Shown piece after piece: positions 52,605 through 64,000 of a DNA stretch of 64,000 bases. The stretch spans positions 104,284,001 through 104,348,000 of the forward strand of contig NC_067401.1 in assembly GCF_016432865.1 (NCBI RefSeq), read 5' to 3'. The position numbers were made by a program, and so were the translations under genes. The first letter of the stretch is position 1; every line of letters starts with the position of its first letter. Under the pieces are notes generated by a model that saw nothing but the letters and a program-made list of their open reading frames with translations, was not told the origin of the DNA and ran no database searches. Source of the DNA: Antechinus flavipes (taxonomy: Eukaryota).

Positions 52605-53102
52605 CATTCCAAATTAAAATAAATGTTTAAAAATAAGAGAAAAGAAAAAGAGGAATAAGAGTGAAAAAAAAAACAGCAAAATGTTCAGTATAATGAAAAA
52701 AATCTGACAAGATAATGTTGCAAACCATGGAACCTACCCTTCTCCTTGGCCATCTTTTGCAAAGAAGTAGGAATGGGAATGTTATTGTATCTTATCTTTA
52801 GGGCCATGTGCATCTTTGTAACTTTTCAGCATCTGTTTTCAAATGTATTGTAATCATCTCAAATAGAAACAAACGTTTAAAAATAAGAGAAAAGAAAATG
52901 AGGAATAAGAGTGAAAAAAACCCCAGCAAAATGTTCAGCATAATGAAAAAAATCTGACAAGGTGATGTTGCACACCATGGACCCTACCCTTCTCGTTGGC
53001 CAACTTTTGCAAAGAAGTAGGGATGGAAATGTTATTGCATCTTATCTTTAGGGCCATGTGCATATTTGTAACTTTGCAGCATCCATTTTCAAATGTATTG
53101 TG
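52605..53102. repeat. Diverged 250-bp tandem duplication
   Basis: gtttaaaaataagagaaaag at 52625 and 52875; scattered substitutions. Confidence 0.9.
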
Positions 53103-53689
53103 TTTGTTGTTCTTTCCATTTATGTTGGTTTAATCCTTATGTTGTTTTCTTGAGCCTTTGGAATTTAAGAAGATTATGTCTTTGATTTTATCCTTGTTTC
53201 CCTGAAAAAAAAATAAGGAACAATTTTAATACACCATCCATTCTCCACTTGCTACGTACTTTTTCTTTTGCAACCTCTCTGTCCTCTTCAAATCAAAATC
53301 TTAGGGATCCCTGAGATGCAAGTTTACTAGAAAGGGTGAGCTAAGGCCAAAACCTGACTTTCTTGCGAGAAACTCAGGATTCCTTTAATTCTCATGGTTA
53401 GGTAATTCTAAGGTCTGAGGGTGGCAAGTACATATGCTGGTTATTGAAACCATCTAGTTCCTAAATCATTGGTTAATTGCCGCATTGCGTTCCCTCTTAT
53501 GTTCCCTCTCCTCTCTCCTTGTCCTCCCCTCTTTTATACATACTGGTTAGATAGATGAGACTTTTGTCTGTCTATTAAGTATTGATCACATTCTGTATAG
53601 AAAGCTAGTAGACAGTCCTAGAAAATGTGTGGAATATATGAAACTAGCAAAGATGGCTGTAGTGAATGTTACTTATTCTCCAAGTTTTG

Positions 53690-54790
53690 GGGGCAAGAAT
53701 TCATTATTTGACAAGAATTCCTTGGAAAATTAGAAATTAGTTGGGCAGAAATTAAGCATAGACCAACATCTCACACTGTATACCAAGATAAGGTCAAAAT
53801 GGGCAAATGATTTAGACATAGAGAAAGAGAGTTCATTAGCAAATTAGAAGAGCATGGACATTTTTCACCTCTCAGATCTATGGATAAGGGAAGAGTTTAT
53901 GACAAAACAAGAAATATAGAGAATCACAGAAAGTAAAATAAATAATTTTGATTATGTGAAACTAAAAAGCTTTTGCACAAAGAAAATCAATGTAGCCAAA
54001 ATTAGAAGAAAATCAAGAGCGTGAGAAAAATTTTACAGAAAATTTCTCTCACAAAGGCCTCAAACATATGGGAAGCTGAGTCAAATTCATAAAAAAATTA
54101 AGAGCCAGTCCCCAAATGATAAATGATCAAATATGAACAAGTAGTTTCAGAAGAAATCAATGAAATCCATAGTCATATGAAAAAAATGCTCTAAATCACT
54201 AATGTATAGGGAAATGCAAGTTACAATAATTCTGAGGCACCATTTCACATCTAATAGATAGGTTAAGATGGCAGAAAAAGAAAATTACAAATGTTGAAGG
54301 AGAGATGGAAAAATAGGGACATAAATTCATTGTGCAGGAGTTGTGACTGGTCCAACCATTCTGGAGAACAATTTGAAACTAGACTGAAAAGGCTATAAAA
54401 CTGCATACCCAGCAATACCACTGCTAGGTCTGTATTCCAAAGAAATTTGAAAAAAAAGAAAAAAGGAAAATTACTTATATGTACAAAAATATTTATAGCA
54501 CCTCTTTGGAAATTGAAGAGATGCTCGACAATTGGGGAATGACTAAACAATTGTGATATATGATTTTGATGGACTTGTGCTTTAGGAAATGATGAAGGAG
54601 ACGATTTCAAAAAGCCCTGGCTTTAAAGACCTATATGAATTGACACAAAGTGAAGTTAGAACCAGGAGAACAATATTTATAAACATCAGTATTGTAATAA
54701 TGATCGACAATGAAAGACTTAGCTACTCATGATGAAAAATGGTGTTTACTACCAAAGAAAGAATTGATGAACTTTTAATACAAATTGAAG

Positions 54791-54848
<58 letters not shown>

Positions 54849-54970
54849 CTTTTTTCCCCAACATGGCAAATATAGATTGCTTGATTCCACATGTATAATT
54901 GATATGTTGTTTGCTTTTATAATTGGTGGGATAAGGGCAAAGAAAATTTGGAACTCACTTTAAAAAAAAT
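53690..54970 (+). mobile_element. Old L1 ORF2 3' part and 3' UTR
   Basis: Degenerate L1 motifs (ccatctcacac..ataccaagataa, ctgctaggtctgtattccaaaga). Confidence 0.8.
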
Positions 54971-57900
54971 GAATGTTAAAAATATTTTTGAAAAAGAGAG
55001 CTTCTTGAAAAATCCACATGAGCTTCTTGAAAAATCCACATGAGCTTCTTGAAAAGAAGAACTGTTTTTGCCTTAAAAAAGATGTTTAGAGACCAGAAGA
55101 TCATGCCTCCCAGTTTATGCCCAAAGACTTCTTGAGTTTGGTCTAACAACATCTTGATTTGAATCCTAATGGTGCTACTTTGTATCTTTGGAGAAAGCCC
55201 TCTAGATCTCAATTGCCTCATGTTAGATAACCTTTAAGATCCCTTGCAGTTTAAAATCCCACAACACTAGCTTCCTGCTTGCTTTCTTTTTGTCCAAATC
55301 TGATCTCTTCTTTAGTAGCTTGGTCCTCAATTTACATTCTTAACTACCACCTCCCTTTCATCCTTAAGTCTTTGATACTGAACTTCCATATGTTCCAGTT
55401 CCCTATTTCCCCTTCTTCAAACCTGAGCTACAATAAATTTGGGAGAGATTTATTTACAAGGGAAGGATAAAGTTTGCAACCTCTCCAAAAATAGTAGAAG
55501 AAAACTCAGTGTGCTCAAGATTATACCTGAGCAGTCAAAACTAGTGACTTATGATTGGAACTAAACTTACTAACTAAATTGACCTTAGGCCAACATTATT
55601 AAGGATTTAGCCATTGTGAGGAGAACACATCTGCTCTAATTCAATTAAGATCCCATTTCAACCTGGGATCTCTTCCCCTTATCCCCAGCTCAGAACAACA
55701 TCCAGCCATATTGCTGGGCCCTTTGTTCCACACACTTCCTCATTTACATGACTTAGTACCTTGGTTAATTTATAATAAGCATTTGTGATGACCAGTTGGG
55801 AAGAGATATCGATACCTCTTACAATGATTCCCCCTGTTCATGAGTTAGCATATGCTAACATGTTATGGGGAATATTATAAATTATTCTCATAACAATGAC
55901 TGATAATTCTCTGAAAGTATTTCAGAAATATTGTTTCTTTACCCAGGTCTAGCCTAACTATTTGACAGATTTGCATAATTTTTCTTCATTTTTTTTCTTT
56001 CCTAGTATTTCTCAGTTCAATAAGTTGCCTAGGAGCAATTTGGAATATGTATTTGTTTCCCATCTTTGCCATTTCTATCTATGCAATTTGGGACAAATCA
56101 TTTAATCTGNNNNNNNNNNNNNNNNNNNNNNNNNNNNNNNNNNNNNNNNNNNNNNNNNNNNNNNNNNNNNNNNNNNNNNNNNNNNNNNNNNNNNNNNNNN
56201 NNNNNNNNNNNNNNNNNNNNNNNNNNNNNNNNNNNNNNNNNNNNNNNNNNCCAAGGTTTCAAATCCATTTACATATGACTCTTTTTAATTGATAGAGATT
56301 GATTACTCTTAAGCTTGGTGCCACTGTAGGGTTTGATGGAGTATCCTAATACTCTTGAAGTTAATAGAGTGGTATTGAATAAGGGCTTGGCTATGATTTA
56401 CCTAACTATCATAGATAATCACTATGAGCCTAGAAAAAGTACTAAGAGATCCTAGATCCATAGTTGTCGGATTTAAATTTTAGTTTTTATAAAGAATAGA
56501 AGACATTCTTTAGTCAAATACCTTCATTTTACATTAGAAAGTCTGCATCTCTAAAAAAATTAAATGATAAGTCAGTTCTGTATGCTTTTTCCACCACCCC
56601 CTCCCTCTCTTCCCTCCTCTCTCCCTCTCTTCCTTTTTTCCTTTTTTTCTTTTTCCTTCTTTGTAAAAATATTTAATTCAGCTAAAATTATTAAGTACAT
56701 AATACATGAAAAGAATTGTTAGATGCTGGCAATATGAAGACAGAATGAAAGATTGTCCTCAAGGAACTAACAGTCCATTTAGGGCATGGGGATACTGTAA
56801 TAGTTACAGATAGATAATAAAAATTATGTACAAATTAATACAAAGTAATTTCCAAAAAGAGAGAGCCTTTATAATTTGGGGATCAGGAAATAACTATAGG
56901 AGATGGCTCCTCAATTGTGCTTTGAAATTATTTAAGGATTCTAAGAAGTGAAGAAGGAAGAAAGAAGTATATTCTAGATATATAGGACTACTTTATTTCT
57001 GTAGAAATATATATGTTGCCAAGAAAACCTGTTTTTGTTCATTGATACTTAGTATCCATGGATAAAGAATGATCCAGAGCGGGTTATGAGAAGCAAAAAT
57101 TCTGAGACACTGAGACAAATGTTTGTCCTTAAATCCTCTGATAGAGATAGAGCAGACACACAGAAAGACAGAGACAGAGAGGGAGAGAGACAGCGACAAA
57201 GAGACAAAGANNNNNNNNNNNNNNNNNNNNNNNNNNNNNNNNNNNNNNNNNNNNNNNNNNNNNNNNNNNNNNNNNNNNNNNNNNNNNNNNNNNNNNNNNN
57301 NNNNNNNNNNNNNNNNNNNNNNNNNNNNNNNNNNNNNNNNNNNNNNNNNNNNNNNNNNNNNNNNNNNNNNNNNNNNNNNNNNNNNNNNNNNNNNNNNNNN
57401 NNNNNNNNNNNNNNNNNNNNNNNNNNNNNNNNNNNNNNNNNNNNNNNNNNNNNNNNNNAGAGCTCTAGAAGGAACCTAGAAATGTGATGGTGATTGTGGC
57501 TCTAAGGGAGTCAGAATTCTATCCCTAGGTATTGCTATGGGAAAGAAGATAGAGGATATTTCCTAGAATTCTCATTCTTTGCATTCATGAATCATCAAGA
57601 ATCTGATATATTCTAAGATACTGACCCTCATTACAAGGGTTGTGACTGTTTTTTCCATGAACTATTCTATAGCTGAGTAGGATGGTTGGAGGACCTTACT
57701 AGTCATATTATCAACCCAAAGAAATCCAATGTCACCATCATACAAGATTATAGATAACCTAAGGATCTATAATGAGTGTCATGAAAGAGAAACCAGTAAT
57801 TTAAAAATTTTAGCTTTATGACTAGAATGGGTCACATTTTTTTTTTTTTGTTTTGTTTTTAGAAGCCAGGTTGAGGAGAGGTAATGATACTCAGTGGTGG

Positions 57901-59809
57901 TTAATGGGGAAGGAGGAGGATGATACTAGATATAAAGCTTTGGGAGAGAGTAAAAGGACCAGTCACTGACTTCAGATTTAGATACTGATTTAACTCTGCT
58001 GCAGATAAGTTGTTTCTAAGGGACAACAACCAAAAAGAAGATATGAATTGAGACTAGATTAATAATAGTTCACATAGAGACAGCTTTAAGGTTTGCAGAA
58101 CTTTTTGCAAATAAAGATACATGAGCTCATTTGATTCTCACAAGTGTAAGGTAGGGGCTATTATTTTCCTCATTTTACAGATTAAAAAAAGTAAGGCTCA
58201 AATTAGTTAAGTGACATGTCCAGTGTATGTCACTAAATGTATGAGATAAGCTTTAAACTCAGATTTTCATGATTTGAAATACAGTTTTCTTTCTGCCACA
58301 CTACACCACTTCCTCTGTGAATAACTCCATGACAGTTTAGAACTCTGGTTGCTCTTCTAAGAAGGTTGCTAAAATCATAAATATCATAGATTTTGAAATG
58401 AAAAGAGCCTTAGAGATTAGCTCATCCAATGTCTTCATTTTCTATTTGGGAAAACTGAGGCCAAAAAAAATTAAGTAACTTACTGCTAAAGGTCAAATAG
58501 CTAGTAAAAACATTTTTTGGGGGAGGGAAAGAACAGTGGATTGAAATGTCAAAACAATTAGAAAGGACCTGGTAGGTATTTCTGGCTATAATATGGATCA
58601 ATCATTTTGCAATTATCTTAGAACAGAAAAGTATAACAATAAAAAAGACAGATCATTGGACCAACATAGCTTTTTCCTCTTTAGTCAGGAGAGTTCTAGT
58701 TTGAATAATAATGGTAATTTCATTTAGGGGCTCTATGAAGAAGCCAGAATGAGAGAATTCACTTCAGAGGATGGTTATTAGAACTCAAGAATTCATATCT
58801 AGATTAGGAGAATCTGTGCTCAGGAAGGTCTTTAACAAATTGACATCTAAACTGTTCTGTCCCAGATTCCAGATAGGGATCACAAGTTAAATTCTGTTTC
58901 CCAAATTCTTTCAAAAATTTTTATTTAATTTTGTTGGGGTTTAAACTATTTTACATCTCTTATAAAGATGTCAGAGTATTTAAGGTTTTTCTGACCTGAG
59001 AAGTACTGATAATCCAATGCCATCCTAGAAACACAAAATGAGATGAAGACTAAAATTTACAACCATCCAACTCAGTCCTCTCCACTCAAGTCTAGAGAAA
59101 ACCAAGGTTGGACATTATTTAGTGATCCTTAATCAAAGTTTACTCAGGGTAAAAGTAGGAAAAATCATTCCAAATGATTGGACAGTTAGAATTTGCATCC
59201 ATTAGTCTGAATCTCATTTCTGTATCAATGGAATCACCCATTATGTCCAGAAATATTTTTTTCAACCTTTCAAGAGTATGAGAAGACATATAGCCTTTTA
59301 AGGAAGTGGAATTTTAAAATCATAAGGAAAGTATACAGTGAATGGCACAGATGATTAGAAGAAGCCCATATGTCAATAAAGGCAGGAGAAAAACTGAAAG
59401 TTCATAGAATTTTTAAAATTTTATGAAGAGATCATAGAAATATTTTGAAAGGATGGTGATGGACTTGAGAGAAAAGGGGAAGGGAATAAGTAATTTATAG
59501 CACCTACAACATGTCAACCACTATGCTAAGTGCTTTTTTTTTTTTTAACAAATAATCTCATTAATTCTCATAACAAATCTCATTTTACAGTTGAGGAAAC
59601 TGAAGCAAACAGAAGTTAAGTGAGTTGCCCAGAGTAAAACAGCTAGTAAATGTGTGAGGCTAAATTTGAATTCAGGTCTATCTGAGTTCAGGGTCAGTGT
59701 TTTATCCAGTAGTTGTCTCCATATCTATCTAGTTGTTTCTATAAATAGGAAAATTCAGAAGAGAGATAAGGCTTTTTTCGGGAGAGGGGGGTGGAAGAAC
59801 TAATGAGTT

Positions 59810-60775
59810 TTTATTTTTGTTTTTAATGGTATTTTATTTTTTCAAATATGTGCAAAGATAGTTTTCAACATTTACCTTTGAAAGACCTTGTGCTCCAAAT
59901 TTTTCTCCCTTTTCCTCTCCTCTTCTCCCCCATCCCCAAGCAATTCTATGTAGATTAAACATGTACAATTCTTCTAAACATATTTGCATATTCATCATGC
60001 TGCACACACACAAAAATCAAATCAAAAGGCAAAGAAAACCACAGGAAAGAGAAAAAACCCAAGCAAACAAACAAAAAACAAAAAAGGTGAAACTACTAAG
60101 CCTTGATCTATATTCAATCTCCATAGTTCTCTCTCTGGATGTGGATGACTCTTTCCATCATAAACTGGAATCATAATTCCCTATTGTAATTGCCTTGAAT
60201 CGCCTCATATTAAAAAGAGCCAAGTCTATCACAGTTGATTTTCATATAATCTTGTTACTGTGTACAATGTTTTCTTGGTTCTGCTCACTTCACTCAGCAT
60301 CAGTTCCTATAAATCTTTCTAGACTTTTCTAAAATCAGCCTGCTCATCATTTTTTATGGAACAATAATATTCCATTATATTCATATACCATGGCTTATTC
60401 AGCCATTTCATAAGTGATGGGCATCCACTCAGTTTCCAGTTCCTTGCCACAACCAAAAGGGCTGTTATAAAGATTTTTGCATATGTGGGTTTTTTTTCTC
60501 TTCTTTATGATCTCTTGAGGATACAGACCCAGTAGAGACACTGCTGGATAAAAGGCTATTCTAGTCACAGTCTGATAGCCCTTTGGTCATAGTTTCAAAT
60601 TGTTTCCCAGAATGGTTGGATCAGTTCACACCTCTACCAGCCATGCCCTAATATCTTAGTTTTCCCACATCTCTTCCCACATTTATCATTTTTTTCTGCC
60701 ATCTTAGCCAGTCTGATAGGTGTGAGGAAGTACCTCAGAATTTGCATTTATGTCTTAATATGTCTTAATTTGCAT
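59810..60775 (-). mobile_element. L1 3' end
   Basis: Same family as the other tails; flanked by atgagtttt(t)atttt direct repeats. Confidence 0.8.
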
Positions 60776-60896
60776 TTATGAGTTTTATTTTGGACACATT
60801 TAGTTTGAGATGCCTGTAAACATTAAGTCCAAAATATTCTATAGGGAATTGGGAAGACTAGAATTCAGAAGAGATACTAAGACTGAAAAAGATCTT

Positions 60897-61313
60897 TGTA
60901 ATGACCGTGTATTTAAAATCAGCCGGAGTCAGGAATTCAGGTTAAGGGAAAAATCTTCAATATTTATTGAAGTGAAGAGGTGAATAAACATTGCAATAGC
61001 AAATATAGGCAAGAAAGATTGCGATAGCAAATATAGGCAGTTGAGACAGGAAGCCAGCTAAGAGAGAGGGACGCGAGCCGAGCCAACCGTGGCAATGGCA
61101 ATCCCAAAAGCCTCTCCTCCCCTTCCTTTTCCACTCCCCTGCCTCCACCCACCAAAATCGTCATTTCCTATACAACACATCAGGACTTGCACAAAGAGTG
61201 GGTGGGGGCCATTCTTTCTCCAAGCTTATATATTAATAGAGTATGGTCCAATTACTATTTAGCCTCATGTGCTTGGGACCTCAGTGCATCAACTCAAGCC
61301 TCAGCCCATTATA
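60897..61313 (-). mobile_element. Solo LTR, 417 bp, TSD GATCTT
   Basis: TSD at 60891-60896 and 61314-61319; tgtaatgggctgaggcttgagttgatgc-type LTR start on the - strand (here ta-), recalled from dasyurid genomes. Confidence 0.85.
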
Positions 61314-62247
61314 GATCTTGGAGTCATTTGCTTAGAGATAATATTTCAATTCATAGGACCTGTTAAGATCACTTAGACAGAATAGAGAGTGGATGTAGAG
61401 AGAGAAAAGAATCTGAGACAAAGTCTTGAGATCACTCACAGTAAAAGAACTCAATAGAGATAATGATTTTACAAAAGAAATTGAAGACTATCAGATAAGT
61501 AGTAGGAGTTGCCAGAGAGAGCAGGGTCATGAAAACCTAGATAAGAGAGAGGATCCATGAGAAGAAGTTGGTCAATAGTTTCAAATGTTATACAGAAGAA
61601 TGAAAACTGAAAAGAAGACATAAAATTTGTCAAGTGCTGGAATCCTTTACTCACGGAAGATAATCCCAAAGGTCCTGGAGATTCCCCTCTTCCTAGACTG
61701 AAATAATGTGTAGATGCCTGGGAGAATATTTACAGCTAATCTGGATTGGGGATGGGAGTGGAAAGAAAATGAGAAGATACTTTTAAATACAAAAACATTT
61801 GATCCTGGTCCTTTAGGGGAATTTCCTTTCTGATTCATCTGGGAAAATCAATTTTTCTCTTAGAAAAAAGTAATTCAGATTAAGTGCTTTTAAAGAGATT
61901 TCAAATTTATTTGGCTCAGAGCCTTCATTTAGGAGAAATGTATACATGGTAACCCATAGTGTTCTAAGATATACTCCTCACTTGTAATTTTGAACTTCAT
62001 GTTGTTGTAAATGACATTTTTACTAAAAGGAGGTTAAATGCAACAATTAATTGAAAATTCTATTATCCAATGAATGAGTAACATTTCTTACCCAGATATA
62101 GATTTGATGTCAACTTGCTAGCAGCTATCTGGCTCACAGCTATTTCACTCACTCATCTTCAATTTATGCTCAAAAGAAGTCTGATATTCCTAGGGAGTGA
62201 CCACCACTATGTTGTTCCAATTCAAAACTACTTTCTCAGGGTTTTAG

Positions 62248-62289
<42 letters not shown>

Positions 62290-63064
62290 GGAAATACATT
62301 CCTGCTCTGCCATACAAAACAAGGGCAAAACCTTTAGTCGTTTTACTTTATGTGAGTACCCTTTTTTGAGGATTCTTTTTCTTTTTCTTAAAACAAAAAT
62401 TCTTCTGTTTTTATCAACTGCATTTCTCATCCTTCCACTTCCATAGCCATGCATGCCTTCAAGTGGACACCACTTATTTTCTTCATCAGTCCAACAGAAA
62501 AGGGAAGGAAAAAGGAGAGAAGATTCAGTGCGTTCCATATTTAATTATATGAAAGAAAATATGAGGACAATTGTAGTCATTCCTTTGCCATTTCTATTTT
62601 AAAGGAAGAGATCTGGTACACATAACTGATGTGCTCATCAAATTTTTTGCTGAAGCTCAATAGTTCATGGGGTATAAAGTCAGGAAGTAGAGCCAACATA
62701 GACTATGACTGACAGAAGTAAGATCCAAGATTTCAACAGAATGGAACTCTGGACTGAAGTCAAGAAGATATATGTATATGTAGGTTAAATCTAAAATCCT
62801 CACATGGATCAGAAAAGCAAATGTCCAAAGATAGAGTAGGGAGAGGCTGCTTTGAAATAATTTTCATTAATAGTTAGTAGTTAGTAGTTAGTTTGCTCTT
62901 GGAAGCCTTCTCAATTTATAATTTGGGGTCTTTTATTCTTCCTATGCAACCAGTTATAAAATCAAAAATTACACTGAGCTCCAGTCAGTTTGGTGACTGT
63001 CATCATCCTAAAATATTTGGTGGAATAGGAAGGAAACACTGCAAAATATAATTGATACCACTGT

Positions 63065-63400
63065 GACCTGGAACTATTGTGTTTGATGGAGATTCAATAT
63101 TAGGTATCTTTTGGAGATCTCGGGACATCTATCTCCCAAATTATACTTGCATAGTCAGAGATCTAATCAGTGATTAGATGGAGATAGTTCTCTGTTCTTA
63201 ATGGACATATTTTTTGCAGATAATCATTTCAATTCCTATCTTCTCAGGAGGCTTTGGAATGATTACTTGCATAGTATAGACCAGGTTTTATGATTGTTAC
63301 AAAGGAGTGAATTGTCTTCGCTTCCTCTGTTGAATACTTTAAGGATCAGCTTCTCTCAGTTGGAGCCCAGTAGGGACAGGTCACACATAACCTTTGGTTC
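63065..63400 (-). pseudogene. Possible second, heavily decayed SLAM-type IgV exon
   Basis: One frame with stops reads LKYSTEEAKTIHSFVTIIKPG...ENYLHLITD*ISD...EIDVPRSPKDT*Y*ISI, loosely like the CD84/SLAMF6 V domain. Confidence 0.3.
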
Positions 63401-64000
63401 TGAGCTATTGATAATCAGAAGGCTCATCTTCCCTGTCTATAATGTCTCCAGGACATGAACTTTCTTGAAGCCCCCAACATGAAATGACATTTCAGAGTCA
63501 GAGGATCTTCATTTCTTTGAAAAGCCTTTATGCAACAATATTTTTGTACAGAAAGGTTTCATAGCTCATATTCTCTTACACTAAAGATGTCATGGAAATG
63601 CTGTTTTCTTATACTGTTTAAACTTGTTTCAGTTCTTTTCAACAGACACTTATTATATTTTCCCTAAATAAACCTTTATTAGCTATCTATCACATCTAAG
63701 ACATTAGTCTAGATAACTGGGATACAAAGAAAAAATGAAAAACAGAAACTAACTTTAAGTTTCAGTTTCCTCATCTGCAATATGAGGAGTGGGAATAGAT
63801 AACATCTAAAATACTTAATTAAATCTATGATTCTAAGAGGACTGGGTAGCCCTAGTAGCCTCTGTTTTTAGAAAAAGAAGCAGTTGTCCTCCCAAACCCT
63901 TTCCAGAATCTGAGTTGGGGGATCTCTTAGAAATATACCTTTTAATTTCGAGTATGTTTATGGAATAAAACAAGAATTTCCATAGTATAGTATAAGATGC

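Noticed and set aside
54998-55055. 22-bp unit gagcttcttgaaaaatccacat x2.6
   Set aside because: Simple slippage repeat with no spacers; not CRISPR-like or otherwise functional
55660-55745. Minus-strand cagcaatATGGCTGG with upstream gaggaagtg, recalling the human SLAMF7 start (MAG...)
   Set aside because: The following codons are not a signal peptide and there is no donor; could be chance
62340-62500. Minus-strand WLWKWKDEKCS / FVLRKRKR as a SLAM TM-exon remnant
   Set aside because: No hydrophobic span and no AG after the pyrimidine tract

Overview
Eukaryotic, CpG-poor, repeat-rich genomic DNA from a marsupial, probably a dasyurid (inferred from the SINE, L1 3'-UTR and LTR families). It lies in the SLAM/CD2 immune-receptor cluster. 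The + strand carries a CD244 (2B4/SLAMF4) gene, with signal-peptide, IgV, IgC2 and C-terminal cytoplasmic exons at 1821-16038. I could not find the transmembrane exon or the first ITSM exon, one ITSM has lost its tyrosine, and the 15-nt tandem acceptor behind the human 2B4-A/B isoforms appears conserved. On the - strand, convergent with CD244 (where LY9/SLAMF7 sit in human), are frameshifted SLAM-type IgV and IgC2 exons at 33.3-35.4 kb, and possibly a second decayed IgV at about 63.2 kb. The rest is a rearranged cluster of gamma-like ERV fragments (17.6-25 kb), several solo LTRs with 6-bp TSDs, L1 3' ends, SINEs, three N gaps and three 1.5-1.9 kb tandem duplications with microhomology junctions that may be assembly artefacts. 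I see no convincing wholly new biological system. The best leads are the apparently anchor-less, ITSM-eroded CD244 and the conserved splice switch. Homology statements come from recalled human sequences, not database searches.
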